A stretch of 64,000 bases of DNA from Amoebophrya sp. A120 (GCA_905178155.1 CAJINV010000005.1:984564-1048563); one strand, 5' to 3'; shown: positions 35,411-49,543, counted from the first letter of the stretch. Numbers and translations are program-made. The notes: generated by a model not told the origin, from the letters alone.

Positions 35411-38400
35411 ATGGCGGACGAATACGACCGGCATACCGTCCAGGAGGATCCTGGAGGACAGCAGGAGCAGGATGTCGAACAACGGATATCCCAACCCGAG
35501 GAGTCGCCTGTCAGAAAATCGCTGGAAGCGAAGATGCAGGACGAGAAGCGGAACCTCGTGAACCGGCTGAAATCCCTCCACCATCGGTTCGTTTTTTGGT
35601 TTTGCGCCACCTTCGCGGTAAACCTTTCCGTTGCGATTTTCACGCTTTTAATCTGGTCCCACATCGGCTACGGTGCCAGCAGCTACCGGTGGGCGATGAA
35701 GCAAACGACGGTTGGGTTTTTCTTGTGGTACGGCGGGTTTTTCGTGTTATTTCTACTCTACCTGTTGGACTTCTTCACAGCGCCTTACGTGACGAAACCC
35801 AGCCGGTCCGAGGTGCAAGCTCTCATCGCGGAGGAGCGAGCAACCGGGACGAGCAGCATACTGGATGAAGAGGCACTGAAACAAGCGGCGGAGCTAGCGG
35901 AAAAGAACAAACAAGAAGCTCCTGCTGCTTCACCGCAAATATTACCCAGCGCGGCGCCACCAATTCCAGAAGTGGTGGTCGAGGGCGAGCACAAGTCGGA
36001 GGCACCACCCGACAGCTCCGTTCCGGCGGTTCCCGCTGCAGCGCCCGCAACTAGTCCCCTGCCGTCTATCGCAACGCCGAAGATGGTCACGCTCGCCCCC
36101 CGGGAGGAGCCCCCCGCCCTTCCGAATTCCGAGTCCACTTCGACCGTCCGGCATCTGGTCTGGGGGAACAGACCCGGCGAGGTGAACGAGTACGGGACGT
36201 TTTTCCTGCGGTTTGTGTTCATCATAACCGGCTGCATGGCGTTGTGTTGGGGCGTCACGGCAACAGCCAGGTATCCGCACTACCCGGTCATGATCATGCT
36301 CATCATGCTCGCGTTGCTGCAGGTCATGGCCAGGTACAAGTTCCGACCGAAGCAGACCAAGCAGCACGACTTTGCGAAACGGCACAAGGGGCAGTCGGTG
36401 ATCCGCGTCATTGCCTCGTCCATCCACGACCCGCACCGAAGGTACGAGGCGGTGATGGAGGTGTTAACCAGGCATTTGCTCGTGGCGCACGACAAACTTT
36501 TGTACTACAAGGCTTTCGCGATCTCCACGCTTCTCACCGCCATGCTGGTTTTTAACATTTGGCTCCATTGGGCGTTTATCGGCGAGAAGAAGTACTGGGG
36601 CGCGGAGGTGCGGGAGGAAATGGTCGCAGACGGCGTGCAGCCGGAGGAAGAGTACGATGTGACGGAGAATCAGGCGTTTAACATGCAGTTCAACATCTGG
36701 GCGGCGCCGGTCCTGTTCTGCGTCGGCCTGGCGCTGCTGTTCGGGTTGCTGTCCCTGCGGGCGTATCTGCACATCCGGTACACGAAGACAGACGACCTGC
36801 TCACGGAGATTTCCCGGTCGGTCGCCTCCGTGGACCACGAGCTCGGGGACAGCATTCTGGGCGTCGGAAACATGGACGCGTTGGTGGAGACGGTGAAAAT
36901 TTGCGTCTGCGGGTTGTTCGCCACCGCGTTGACGTTTTGGGTGGCGGCGGAGGTGGGGGTCGGGGCGAGCAGCTCGGCCTTGGACATTTCCACCACGGTC
37001 CGGACGTTCATCGCCGCGTTGCTCTTCGCTTTCGTGGTCATCATCGCCGCGACCATGCGAAGATTGTACGCCCAGATGCTGGAGCACATGTGGAAGAACC
37101 CCTTTCTGAAGATCACGATCTCCGCGCTGCAGTCCGACTGGCTGAAAGCGTTGTTCTTGCTTTTGTTCTGTATCAAATGCAAAAATGTCTGGGTCTGGAA
37201 GAATGTATGTTTGTCATGCTTGTCTGGCATGACTCTTAAATCTGTCATGCATGTTACCCAAGAGCCCCACTTTTCTGTCATGCAGAAACGCAGTTTGTCA
37301 TGCAGAAACAGGCAACACCAAGAAGCTCAAAAACTTGTCATGCTGGGCCAGCTCTTGTGGCCTCCTCATGATACGCCACCCAGCATCACAAATTTCCAGG
37401 CCCAGACATCTTTGCATTTGATATTCTGGTGGATGCTGCCATTTTACTACTTAATCAGCGCGCTGAACAAGCTGGTGCGGGTATCCTATTTGAAAACGTC
37501 CCCACCCCATAGTTGTAATGCAAATCTGCATGCTGAAAATGTTTCTTATGCGGAGCCCCATGAGAAGCATTTTCTAATCGTGTTTTGCAATTTGTCATGC
37601 TCCAACCAGCATGGTATGTTAGATCTGTGATGCTGCTTAGATAGCTCAAACAGCACTACACTACGAGTCCAAATTTGTCATGCAAAACAGCCAAAGCTTG
37701 TGGATTTGTGTAGCCGATTCCCCATCTTGACTATGCTGTGGGGATGTTTTTACTCAGGATAGCGGGATTGCCGAGGGGTGTCGGATCAACAGTACTACGA
37801 CCCTGAGAAGACGTTTTTCCTCCCGGACCCGTGGCACAGCAGGTGCACGAAAGCCTGCAGCGCGCAGCTCGGGCATGTCGCGCAGTGGAACAAAACGAGC
37901 GTGATATCGAAGTATTTAACAAATGGAAATAATGTTTTTCATGCTAGTTTTCTTTTCGTGTGGTTCTATTTTGCCTTGCACCTGCTGCCTCTCGTGATAG
38001 TTTGGCATGAGCCTGACCCTTTCACGACGGTACATTGATAAAAATCAAAACAGTGGACAAAAATAACGCCTGTACTACTTCGATCAGGGCCTACGTCTGG
38101 GCGCTCGCCGTGTTCACCCTCAACGTCGGCTGTACCAAGGGACTGAACCTCGGTCTGATCGGTCTGGGCGAGGTTCTCAGCGGGAAGCCGGCGTACCAGA
38201 TCCTGATTGTGTGGTACATCGCCGGGTTGGTCGGGTTCTTGCTCCCCCCAGTCCCCGGCCCACCGGTTTATCTCTTCGGCGGCTTGGTCGTCGTTGGCGC
38301 GTTTGAGAAGGAATTTGAGGACCCGGATACGGGGTTTTGGCTCGGGTTGGCAATCACCTCCGTCGTCGCGTTGATTCTAAAATTGAACGCCTGCGCGATG

Positions 38401-39866
38401 CAGCAGAAGTGTATCGGGCAGCCCCTCGGGTCCTACAAGTTCATCCGGGCCTTGGTCGGGGTGCACACACCGACCATTCGGGCGATAGAAGTGGTCTTGC
38501 GGCAGCCGGGGCTCACGTTCGGGAAGTGCGCGATCCTTTGTGGAGGCCCGGACTGGCCGGTTAGTGTGCTGACAGGTACTTACTACTTATGGGAGTTCTA
38601 GTACTCCGGCCAAACAAACTGCTTGTTCTCTGATGCATTGTACTTAGTTGAAGCCTGTATCTGTAACTATGATACATCTTTTTGCCCTCCTGTGACTGCG
38701 TGGGCGCGCAGGAGCATGAGGAGATTGAAGATTTTCGCTGCAGCAGCCTCATCACCAGACCAAAATAACTATCAAGGCATCCTTCGGTGCCGGCTCAGCC
38801 AGATGTTGCTGGGCACGTGTCCGATCTTCATCTTCGTCACCCCCACTGTGATGACGGGCGCGTTTAAGAGAAAAACGGACAAAATCTTCGTCACGCTCAC
38901 GGCGTTGTTGCTCTTTTTCAGTGTCCTCCTCGCATGCGCCATGGGTGTCGCCGCGTGCTACGCAATACAGGAAGTGCTGGACTCGCACGGTCCGCTCATG
39001 ACTGTTCCCTTAGAGGTGAACAAGGAGCTGCACTGGCTCGACTACAAGGCTGAGCAAAGGAACAAGTTCTACACCCAAGCGACCCAGTGGAGCAAGCTCG
39101 GACTGCCGACGAAATTTGCGATGCTCTTCGGCTTCCTTCTCATGTCCGCGCAGGCGTACGTCTTCTTCTGGATGGACGCCGACTGCTTCGGAAACTTGGA
39201 TGCCGTTCTGACGCAGGACAAAGACGCGGTGAGGCCAGCTGGCGTACCTCTCTACACGCTGTGGTGGAAGCTCGACGCGCCGGAAGGGCTGCTGAGTGAG
39301 TACAAAATACAAGTGGTGAAGCGAGTCGGGCAGTACGCGCTACTCAGTCTATTCCTCGGAACTTTGATCTTCTGGGCCTACGGGAAAGTCCTGCAGCACT
39401 TGGCGGCGCCGGTACTATTTTGGTGGTTGAGACTTGTGTCAGCTCTTGGTGGGTTTTACACGACATTGAACGAGAGAATTCTTTTGTTTTGCAACGCAAT
39501 TAAAAGTTGACGTTCGGGGGATAATGTTCGTCTTTCGCGATGATTGATTCAAATAAAAAACTTTTACAGCTGGTGGAAGCCTTCGAGAAGGACGTGGACA
39601 ACCAGCGCGCGAAGTGGGAGAAGGAGCAGGAGATGGTGCGCGACGAAATCGAACGGGAAATGGTCGAACTCTACCCCGATGACTACGAACTCTACTTGGA
39701 GCACACCGGCAGGCCACGGTTGGAGCCGCAGCACCACGAGCAATCCGACCAGGAGTGGGAGACAAAGAAAAAATTGCAATCCGACCAGGTCGTGGAGAGC
39801 GAAGGGCTGAGAAAAAGGGAGATAGCGAACAACGCCGACAATGTCAGAATATCCGACGGCAGCTGA
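35411..39866 (+). CDS. Large polytopic membrane protein (more than 15 TM) with a DedA/VTT (SNARE-associated)-like segment
   Basis: Many hydrophobic helices. GFLLPPVPGPPVYLFGG and CAILCGGPDWPVSVLTG motifs. Two introners plus GT-AG introns near 37912, 38576 and 39412. Confidence 0.78.
37171..37423. mobile_element. Introner, family A (253 bp), TSD TTCTG
   Basis: TATCAAATGCAAAAATGTCTGGGTCTGGAA...TTCCAGGCCCAGACATCTTTGCATTTGATA. Removal gives LLLFWWMLPF. Confidence 0.93.
37482..37761. mobile_element. Introner, family B (280 bp), TSD GCGGG
   Basis: TATCCTATTTGAAAACGTCCCCAC...GTGGGGATGTTTTTACTCAGGATA. Removal gives KLVRDCRGVSDQ. Confidence 0.92.
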
Positions 39867-40925
39867 GACGAGTATGGTTACTGTGCTTCTACTTCCTAGA
39901 CCTAGTGAAGCTGGCAGAGTCGGGCAGCTGTCGGGGGGTAGAAATGCAGCTTTGCGAAAATGCATACTTACGACTGGTTCTTCCCACAAGGCATAAGACG
40001 CGTTGATGCAAACCTTGGAATGGTGCGCAATTGATATACATGCCAGTGCAAAGCTGATGTATCTCTATCAAAGACACGTAGTACACTAGCATACTGAATT
40101 TTTTAGCAAGCGAAATTTTGCAGGTAATTTTGTTTTTGAATATACTGCGGCGTTCTTGAGGTAGACGTAGAGATGTAGGACGAAAGGGTCCTCCTGGTGC
40201 ATCTACAGCTTCCCGCCCTCGGACGTAAGCAAGCATCCACGCTCGAAAGATCGCTGAGTAGATGACAGATGGGAAGAACGATAGTAGAAAAGATCGCCCT
40301 AACTCTGATCTACGTTGCTGAGCAGGATGTTGGGATCAATAACGAACAAAGAAAAATGCACGAAGATCCACAGCTAAAAAGCGACGACGGATAAATTCGA
40401 TCTCAAAGCTTTTTGCCCGTTTGGGTACTTCACTCAATCTTTATCGCTTAACACAAAAGTTCTGTAAAGCGACGATCCTTGGCCGCACAGTACCGCAAGA
40501 AACCCTGCATTGCAAAAATTTCTTATCAGGGGTGCTAGATGAGTACTTTTCATACGCAAAAAGTTTTCTGGCTTTCAGTTCGACAACTGCACTTTCTTTT
40601 TGCTAAGTAGATACTTGTATTAGTATACGGCCCTTAGTAGCTGCAGGTGTTTTATTATTAGCTTCGAATAAGCGCCACGGAAACCCCCCTGCCGAAAATG
40701 TCGCGATTTGCCTTCCTTCAATCCGATGACTCGTCCGATAGCGAGACGGAGCAAGCCCCGAAGATTGTGGAAAAGCCAATGCCACAGGTATAATTGTACG
40801 GATTGAATACGCATGAGACAACGTTTCCTCATTTTGCGCTTCTTGCATGCGAAACTTTTTCAGTGCGCAAAGAAAGGTATGTTCTTTGTGATGCAGATAA
40901 GTAGATTTTTGCCTACGGGAAACAA

Positions 40926-41978
40926 ATGAAGTTACTCGATCAGGCCGGTGGTATGGCAGCTCCGGTTACTTCCTTCGCGGAAGATGCGGGCGATTTCCGA
41001 GCGGTACCGAAAAAGAAGGCTCACCACATGAAGGCAGATGCAAAAATGGTACAGGAACACATCCAGCAGCTGGACAACAGCACGACCACACCAGGTATGT
41101 ATAATGTGGGACGACTTTCATTTTGTTTTGCTGCCACGATGAAAATTTCTGATGCTGTTTTATTCACGATTGGTTGGTGGCTCGATTTGTGGTGTGAAAT
41201 TTGCAATGCAAAAATACCATTGCAGTTTACGCGAACGGTGGTCATGCTGCGGGTCAGGGGATCTCTCCAGCGCACCTCGTTATCTCCCCGGTGCAGAAGT
41301 CCACACCAAAAAACGCCGCTGCGGTCGCAATGGATCCGTCGGCGCTGCAAACGCAGTCACCACTGGACAAGAAGGTACTACTCATAGTGAAAGCTATTTT
41401 ATTTTTGTCATGCACATCATCAACCAGTAAGTCTTTATCGTGCGTTTTTTCTATGAGATGCATTGTCAATAATTTCGAAAAATCAACTCACCACAGGCTA
41501 TGAAGAAGGCCAAAAAGAAGGCTGCCAACAACCGATTTGCATGCTTCGTGGACAGCGATGAAGAGAAGGGAGAAGATTCCTCCGAGGAAGAGGAGGCAGA
41601 TGACGTCACACCAATAGCCAGCCACATCGCACGTACTGAACTTGGTGTCATTTGCTTTGTCATGCGTAGTACTCATACTCCTGTGAATAAGAATAACATC
41701 GCTTTTTCTTTTTCTCTATTACTGGTGCTCTCGACGAACACCTCTTTTGACTGTGACCACTTCCTGCAAAAATACAAATTATCCAAAACAGCGGTCCTCC
41801 CAAAGCACATTGGATTGCTGAACCAGAGCGCACAACCGGATTATTTCGCTATCGTCCACATGGAATCCACGGTCAAGCCCGAGGTATTATTGCTTTGTTG
41901 ATTCGCAGTTGTGCATGACGCATTTTTATTGCCATGCCTGACCCTGACGTCGAAAATAAAGTTTTGCATAAATAATTT

Positions 41979-42014
<36 letters not shown>

Positions 42015-42798
42015 GGCAACATTTCTGTATGACATTCCAACAACAGCGCGACCCGGTGGAGGAACTGAAGAAGCCCTTCGTGTCTGAAGTCGTGTCCGTC
42101 AACATTTCCTTTTTCAATAGCAAAACAAAGAAGACCGACTTTTCGTTCAAAAAACTCGTGCGACCGACCGTGTTCCCGGTGCTGAGCCCGCAGACGACAG
42201 AACAAACGAGCATTTCCAATGAAGATCTGGACAAGAGCCACGCGCAGCCACTGGATGAAGTTTTGCGGGAACTGGAACGCTTTTTCAAGGAGAACAACCT
42301 GGTATAATGATTGATACGCTTCAATTTCATCACAAATTTTTGCTCCATTTTTGCATGTTTTGCACGAAACAGCCTAGTAAGTTATTTTCCTCACTAAAGT
42401 GAGTAAATTCACAACTACGATTTCTATCACTATGACATTCTCAGGTCTCCGCGCTGCGTAACAAGAAGAAGCCGCTTTCCCAGATCCAGTCGAATCTGTG
42501 CGAGTTCGTTTTTGTCACCTACGGTGCGGAACCGCTGCAATCCTCCTTCACCAAAGAGTGCAAGAGAAAACAGATCCCGCACGCCAACGTGTGGAAAAAG
42601 TGGTGCGATTTGCGGAAGGTCTACGAGGAAAACTACAAAAAGTCCGCGCCGACGTTGGAGGATATGCTGCGTCAGATCTGCATGGAATTCGAGGGCGTGC
42701 CGCGGGTGGACGACGGGCAGAACGTGGCGAAGGCGCTCGCGGCTATGCTCACCGACATCCCGGACAAGATCACGGTCAACAGCAGCCTGCAGGCGTGA
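40926..42798 (+). CDS. ERI1/ERI3-like DEDDh exonuclease-fold protein with a degenerate active site, multi-exon
   Basis: PDYFAIVHMEST, FKKLVRPTVFPVLS..TSISNEDLDK..LDEVLRELERF, FVFVTYG, ECKRKQI..WCDLRKVY..LEDMLRQICMEFEG..DDGQNVAKAL follow the ERI1-family pattern. Exon boundaries in the 5' part are uncertain. Confidence 0.7.
41980..42012. repeat. (CA)n microsatellite, intronic
   Basis: About 16 CA units. Confidence 0.95.
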
Positions 42799-44185
42799 GT
42801 TTCTGTTTCTTGCGACAGATTTTCTTGAAAAATCGGCACTAGTGCACGACTTCTGGGAAATAAAGAACGGGTCGTGTGCTGGAGTGCTGCTGAAAATCGC
42901 GGGAGCGGACCATAATATCACGTATTAACCAGCACAGAACTACTAACAACTTTCCAAATACAATCAAGCAGCTAGTGCAGTTCATTTCACACTAGTCGTG
43001 AATATCGATCTGACGCAGCATCGAACACAGACAAGTTCAGACAAACTCAATCTAGACGCGACAATCCATCAGACAGTTTTAATTTGAAATTTAGACACAA
43101 AAGAGCGACTACACCGGCGATCTGAGCGAGCAGGTGTGTACTATTTAGGAACTAAAAGCTGCACAACTCTCGCCCAGAGCTTTTGCAGAGCTCGAGGAAC
43201 ACTCGTTTTTTTGTACATCAGAATTGCAAGAAGAAACATGAAGCGCCGGAGCAGGTGGCTTTGGCTAGAGGGATTCCTGCAAGCCAGAAAACTGCCTTTC
43301 ATTTTCAGCAAGCTTCATTATCCCTCAGGATCGTGGGGAAGATGAAAGTAAGTAGACACGGAAGAACAAATGTAACGCGATTCACTAGAACTACCTCCAC
43401 CGCGTCCCCACGAAAAATAAAGGGATTGCTTCGGACGAAAGAATGCAGTCTTTCTTACTTGCAACTGTTTCACACGACTAGCTTTTAACGAGCAATGCAC
43501 GTAGGAGGAATATTAAAAATCTTCTGAACCTGCTTAGTGAACTGGTATTTTGACGAAAAAACTTAACGACTACAACATCTGTAGTAGCGCAATTGTGACT
43601 GATTTTAGGGAATATTCTATCAAAGAGTCTGCTTATCTGCTTTTGCTTTCACCACGACAAGAGACGGAGAATGATCTTTTTTCTCTGCATCTCAAAATGA
43701 CTTCTTGGAGTTTACGAAAACATTTTTTCACAGAATGTCCTAAGCGAGTCAGTACCAAAAAAATCTTTTATGAGAAAGCAGACGCTTGTTGCAGCGCGCT
43801 GGCTTGTCTGTTTTTTCTACTGGAAAGAGCTTCGTTTTGCTTTTGTCTGCGTGCGTGCGACCACAGGTGTTGCCGGTAAGGAGCGATAGTTTTTCGTGAT
43901 GAGACCTTTAACTCGTGGGAGCCGAGCGGTGTGCGATGACAATGAATCGAGGGACAGAGAGGTGAAGTTGACAAGAAGCAAACTGGCGTTGGTTTCTTCT
44001 CTTGCATCCTCATTTACTTTTGGTTCGTTCCATGCGAATTTTAACCCTACTTCTTATCGGTAGAAGTCAAGAACGTATTGGTATCCACCATAATATTTTT
44101 TGGTTTTGTTGGCACTCAAGATTTTTTCTGCGGGATTAAGTACTCTTTCTACACGTCTACGTTTTGGTTTTTGCCGACTGTCAAG

Positions 44186-47100
44186 ATGCCGGATAAGAAG
44201 ACCGATTTTGCCACCCGTTTTCAGGGTAAAATGGGAGCTTTTTCCGCCAATGGGAGGATCGAACTACAGGACAATTCCGTGAACTCGGACGCGTCGTCTG
44301 CCCCAGTGGTGCCGGAAAAGGTGCAGACAAACCGCGGGCTGTTGCAGAAGATGATGAAAGAGGCTGGGGTATTAAAAAGAGGAAACAACTTTTTAGAGTA
44401 TATGATTTTGATGGCCTATTTTGCAGTAAAATTTTTGGCTTGTTCTTATGCCCGAAGTAGTCTCATCGTGTCAAATTGAATAATTTCAGATGTCCGCTTC
44501 TGGTGGCGGCGGCAGCGGTGCGGGGGCACCAGTCAGCCAAACTTCTGGAACAACGTCGATCGCAGCTACTACCAGAGCAAGAGTTCTCCAGAAGTCCGAA
44601 GCCAGAACGTCGCCGAAACAGCGGACACGAGCCGTTCATCAGGTGCAGCCTGGAGGCGGTGGTGCAACGGGAGGTTCCAGTTCCAGCTCTTCGAGCGTGC
44701 GGGGTACTACTTCTTCTACAGGGATTACGCACAACATGAATCCGAATGTGAATATGCAGTCGAAACAGGTCAATACTGTCCCGCAGATCCGCGCCGAGCA
44801 CATGGACGAAATCTCCCGCATCGAAACCATGTCGTCCGTCATGCCGCCCCCCGATAACTGGGACGATTCTTTCGTGAACGAGGATGAGAACTTCTTGGAG
44901 AAGGACCCGACCCCCCGGCCCATCATGGTGCAATCGAAGATCCAGCCTGTCGCGGGGTTGAACCGCGGGACCGCCGTCGTTTCCGCCAACACCGCACCGC
45001 GGATCACCGCGAACCCGAACCTCGCCATGCAGCAGCAAGCAGGAGGAGACCCTGTGGTGGTGCAGGTTCTTGCAGGAGCTGCTGCGCGGAATGGTAGGTC
45101 TCTCTCCGACGCGAACGAATCTACGACATCCTCCACAGGGTCGGGGCTCCCGCGGGAACAGTACAACAATGCTGTAATGCAGCAGCAGCAGCAAGGCGTA
45201 AATCCAACAAGCGTGCAGAGCCGCATTCAAATCGCCGCCGCAAGCGCATCGACAAATGTGCGGAAGGTGTCCCCGCGGAAGCACTTGCAAGGCACCACAT
45301 TGCAAAACCCCCAAACCACGACGTCCACGATACAGAATGCCTACGGAGTAGCGATCAACGCGATAGAGCAGCGTGGCGGAGCTAGTGCAGGAAGTGCAAC
45401 ACAGATTGCCAACGCGGCTACTGTTGTCCCGACCAAGCCGCCTGCGAAGGGCACGCTGCGTCGCGTGGTGGAACAGAACACATCGGCGAGCACGACGCCG
45501 CGGGGCTCGTACGCGGAGCAGTGGCAAAGACGGAAGGCGACGCCGCGGAGGGACCAGCAGGTGATCGGGCGACAAGACCAACATGTCCCGGCTCATATCA
45601 TTCGACCGGGAGCTGCTGCCCCGCAAGCTGTTGTGCAGCCTCGTTCTACTGCGACGTCTGGTCCATCTTCGCAACCACCTGTGGTGAGGGAAGTAGTACA
45701 AAGCATCAATCCAGGCGACGGTCGTGGCGATGTGCAACAGTTCCCGGTTGTATCGCGAGTTGATATCGCAGGGACCACGACTAGCGTCTCGACGAAACCG
45801 CTTGGAGGCGGCCTGAGGAAAAACGACATCAACGCGGTGCTGGCACGAGTAGGGGGGAGTACGAGTACTGTGTGCGACGATTACGAAGCGCAGAATAATC
45901 AGTGGAACGAGGAGGAGCAGAAGCAGCTGGTTTCGGCTTTGGATTTCCAAGAGGAGGACGACAGCCAGTTTTTCCCGGCGACATCATCGACCGGAAATAG
46001 AAATCACCATCTGGTCCACGACCCTCTTTCGGAGTTCGGCGCAGGAGTCCCGGGTGGCGCCGGCGGGGGTTTGCTTGCGAATTTCCAGCAGGCCGCCATT
46101 GCGGCGGCAAGTGCGGGCGTGCCAGTGCAGGCTGCACGGAGTATGGTAAGTGGCGGCCCTGCGGCAGTTCCGTCCCACCCAGCAGTAGATCTCGCACCAC
46201 TCACGACCAAACCAACCTGTATACTACCATGTACTTCAGCAAGCTCAGCACCTGGCGCCACGGATGCGCAGCGCTACGTGCAGGAACTGAAGCAGCGGTT
46301 GCGGAGGGAGCAGCAGGCGTCGTCTGTAGCTACTTCAGTGTTGAACATTTTTCAAGGTGGAGAGGTGGAAAATGTCGTTCCGCGTGTAGTTCCCGCGCCG
46401 GCAAAGGTTACGAGTAGTGCCAGCGTGGCTCCCCCGGTGGTGCCAAAACTAGAGCTGAGAACGCCAACCCCAGGTGGAAGTGGACCTGACGCAGAAGAGG
46501 CTAGACAAAGAGCTGCGAACACCAGCGACGCTACACAGTTGCATCCAGTGTCGTCGGGAGGTCCAAAGCTGCGTCCGGCTCCAACCATGAATATGAAACC
46601 GCAAATACCTACTCCAATGGGCCGTCCTCCCCGCCCGCCCGCGATGCAGATGCGGAAATCCGCGTCTCTTCCGGAAGGAAAACTGGTATTAGATGATTCC
46701 AGTTCGGACGGCGAGGAATCTATCCCCGACTACCGCGATGACACGCCAAACAGTCCGGGCATGATCCACGCGGAATACAGTAGCAACCACGGCGGGTCGA
46801 GTCGTGGGAGAGCGGGGATGAACAACCCGAGTTCAGTGCTGCCACTCGAGCAGCAAGGTGAGGCTCACCATGCCGCGAAGCCCGCCGCAGTGAGATCGAG
46901 CTCTGTCCACGCTGGCGGTGCTGCTACGATAGGAGTTTCTGCACCTGGAGGTGGAGAAGTAGGGTCCGTCGCAGGAGATCTTCCAGGACCAACAAACGCC
47001 ACGACCATGTCCTCTGCGAGCCGCAGCACGGGTGGTGGTAAGGCTGTAACGCGAATAAGGGACGCCGGCGCGTGTCACAACAATCCTCCGGCGCAGCAGT

Positions 47101-48298
47101 CCAACCTATCGACCACCGGGACGTCCTCGAATTTCACGCCGACAGAAGTCACGTCAAGTCGCAGTACCAGAGGACCCATGGTCCGGACGCGGGCGCAGTC
47201 TACCGGAATGGCGCCGGTGATGGAAGAGATGGTTACAGTGCAGCAGACAAGCAAGTCCGCGAACACAACTACGACAACAGGAACCGCTTTTGGCGCCGGC
47301 ACCGGGCCGCCCATATCGCAGTTGCGCGAGCCGGCGGCGGGGCGGAATCCGCCGAAGCCGCAGATACCCTACGTACCAAAGAGGAAAAAAGCAAAAATGC
47401 CGACCAAGGCGGAAGAGGTAAAGAAGTTGTGGGTTGCTTTTCATGTCAGGGTGCGTGAATCATATTCATAAATTTAGAAATTGCACAAATTGATGGGCTG
47501 AAAAGGTTGCCTCCGAAAACTGAAAGTTGTTCTTGTTGCAAAAAACCTCTCGATTCCAATCCTTCGCAGGCAGAAGCTGCAGAAAAGAAGAAAAAGGACA
47601 ACGCGCGCATGGTGCGCAAAACGGAGGATTTACTTTTGTTCTCGAAAAAACCGCGACCCGTGAAGTACTCCCCGCGCACCGAGCCTTTGTCCGCGGTTCC
47701 GCAGCAATTAGGCAGTCTCGGGCCGGATCTGGACTCCGATGCGCTCCTGTACAAGAAGGCGGTGGCGCACCGAATGAAGGACTTCTCCGACCAGTTGCGG
47801 AACATCAACCGAAAGCGAATTGACACGGAGAAACGGAAGAGAAGCAGTAATTTGTCTTAACCATTGATTCAGATTTTGAATTTCCAGCAGTGACAATTTT
47901 GTCTTCATGGTGACCAGCACCGCCTCAAAATTTCTATGAAACCAGAAAACAGGTACGGATAAAGATGCGAAAAATACAATCATACAGGCTCCTGTGGCGC
48001 GTGTGCCCAAGGCGGGAACTCCAGGATCGAGCACAGCAACCGGGCGAGAGCCCTCGCCTTTGCGAAGTCCGTGGCAAAACCGAAAGTGGTTCCGAGGCAG
48101 GTGCAGACGACGCTGAATACGTCTGGGACTCAGCTGCAAAATCCCGAGGATGACTCCGCTGGGAGTGGCTATGAGCACAATTTTCACGGCATGCTTCCTG
48201 AACCACAGGAAGACCCCCTGGAAACGCAACTGGCGCAGAACGCACAAGACAGAGCGCTTGCGGAAAACGTGAAACAGTTTTTAATGCGAAATAAATGA
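44186..48298 (+). CDS. Large low-complexity protein with a C-terminal JHY-like motif (possible ciliary protein)
   Basis: 993-aa central exon. C-terminal FSKKPRPVKYSP..QLGSLGPDLDSD..KKAVAHRMKDFSDQLRNINR resembles the LGxLGP-containing JHY domain (from memory, tentative). Confidence 0.65.
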
Positions 48299-49543
48299 GT
48301 TGAGTCTACCCATTTCATTTGTCCCTGTATGAACAAAAGCATCTTCGTACTACAAGGCTAGCGGAAATTTTCCTGTCGTGCGCTGCCTGCAAACACGCAG
48401 TTTAGATTCATGTTGTTCGCGAAAACGAGACAGAGCAGTCGGTTTTTGAAAGTCTACACCCTGAGTGACACCAGTTAGTACTGAAATATACGCGAAAAGA
48501 AAATTTCGGTCCGTTCAGTGAACAAGATTCTGCAAGGAGGTCCGACAGAGCTGTTGAGCATTCGTGTGTGATAACGCGCATGGAAAGGAAATTATTCATA
48601 GTGCGGGTTTATTCATCTGGATGATATATTTTTTTGCAAAAGAAACTTGCATTCTTCTTCCGCCGTTGCTACCTCGATGTTGACTAAGCTCCTAAAAGAA
48701 CACGCAATCAAATTGTAACTGTAGTGAAAGTACTTAGAAGTGAGCATCGGTGCTGTACCATCGTGCAAATTACACCGAGTAACAGTTTCACCACTTCGGT
48801 CTCGTGCAAGAAAACCATGGACGCAGAAGAAACTTGACAGGCAGAGCTCCGTGGCAGTATTAATTCGTGTGCCGCGGAGCAGCTGCGAGGAGAACATCCA
48901 TCGTGCGCGTTGATAAGAACAGTAGTCAGACTAATCGTACCAGTCGGTCACATCGTACACGAAAGACAGAACTCTGAAGACTATACGTGCCTGTAGATGT
49001 CGTCCTCGACATTTGGTAGCTCCAGCTTCCGCAGGAATCTAACGTCCACCATTGCCGGCTCGGTAGTACGCAGCAAAATTTTTTCCATGTTTACTCTCTT
49101 CTCCAAAACGCTACCAGCTCATGGCTTTTCACCCCCAATATTTCTTTGATACCAATTTTGAATGATTTTCATTCGCCCCTCAACCTTACCAATTCTTTCG
49201 ATTAGTTTACCGCATTTATTGTTCTATGTGTCACACGTCTGACGGAGGTCGAGCGCCAGAGGCGGGCGGACGAGGCGATTAGCGAACTAGGTTACTCGAC
49301 CTGATTTGTTCCACTCTTGTTCTTGCAAGAACCTCCAAGTGTCACTCAGAAATTTCCCCCGGTTTTATTCCTATAAACCACGACCTTGATTATCTTCCTA
49401 TCACTCCAACACTGGTCTATTTACCACACTTTATTTCCGTGAATAAGCCACCTTTATCGTGCAGCAGAAGCTGAGCCTGGACTCCGTTCGTTCGCGACGA
49501 CTTCTTCTCGGTGAAAACCTGCTACCTCGACGTGTCCGCAGGA

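Noticed and set aside
44100-44120. TTTTG..CTCAAG resembling a dinoflagellate spliced-leader relic
   Set aside because: Poor match to CCGTAGCCATTTTGGCTCAAG; no convincing SL copy seen in the window.
44463-45950. 495-aa minus-strand ORF and many other antisense ORFs
   Set aside because: Shadows of GC-rich plus-strand exons with no recognisable motifs.
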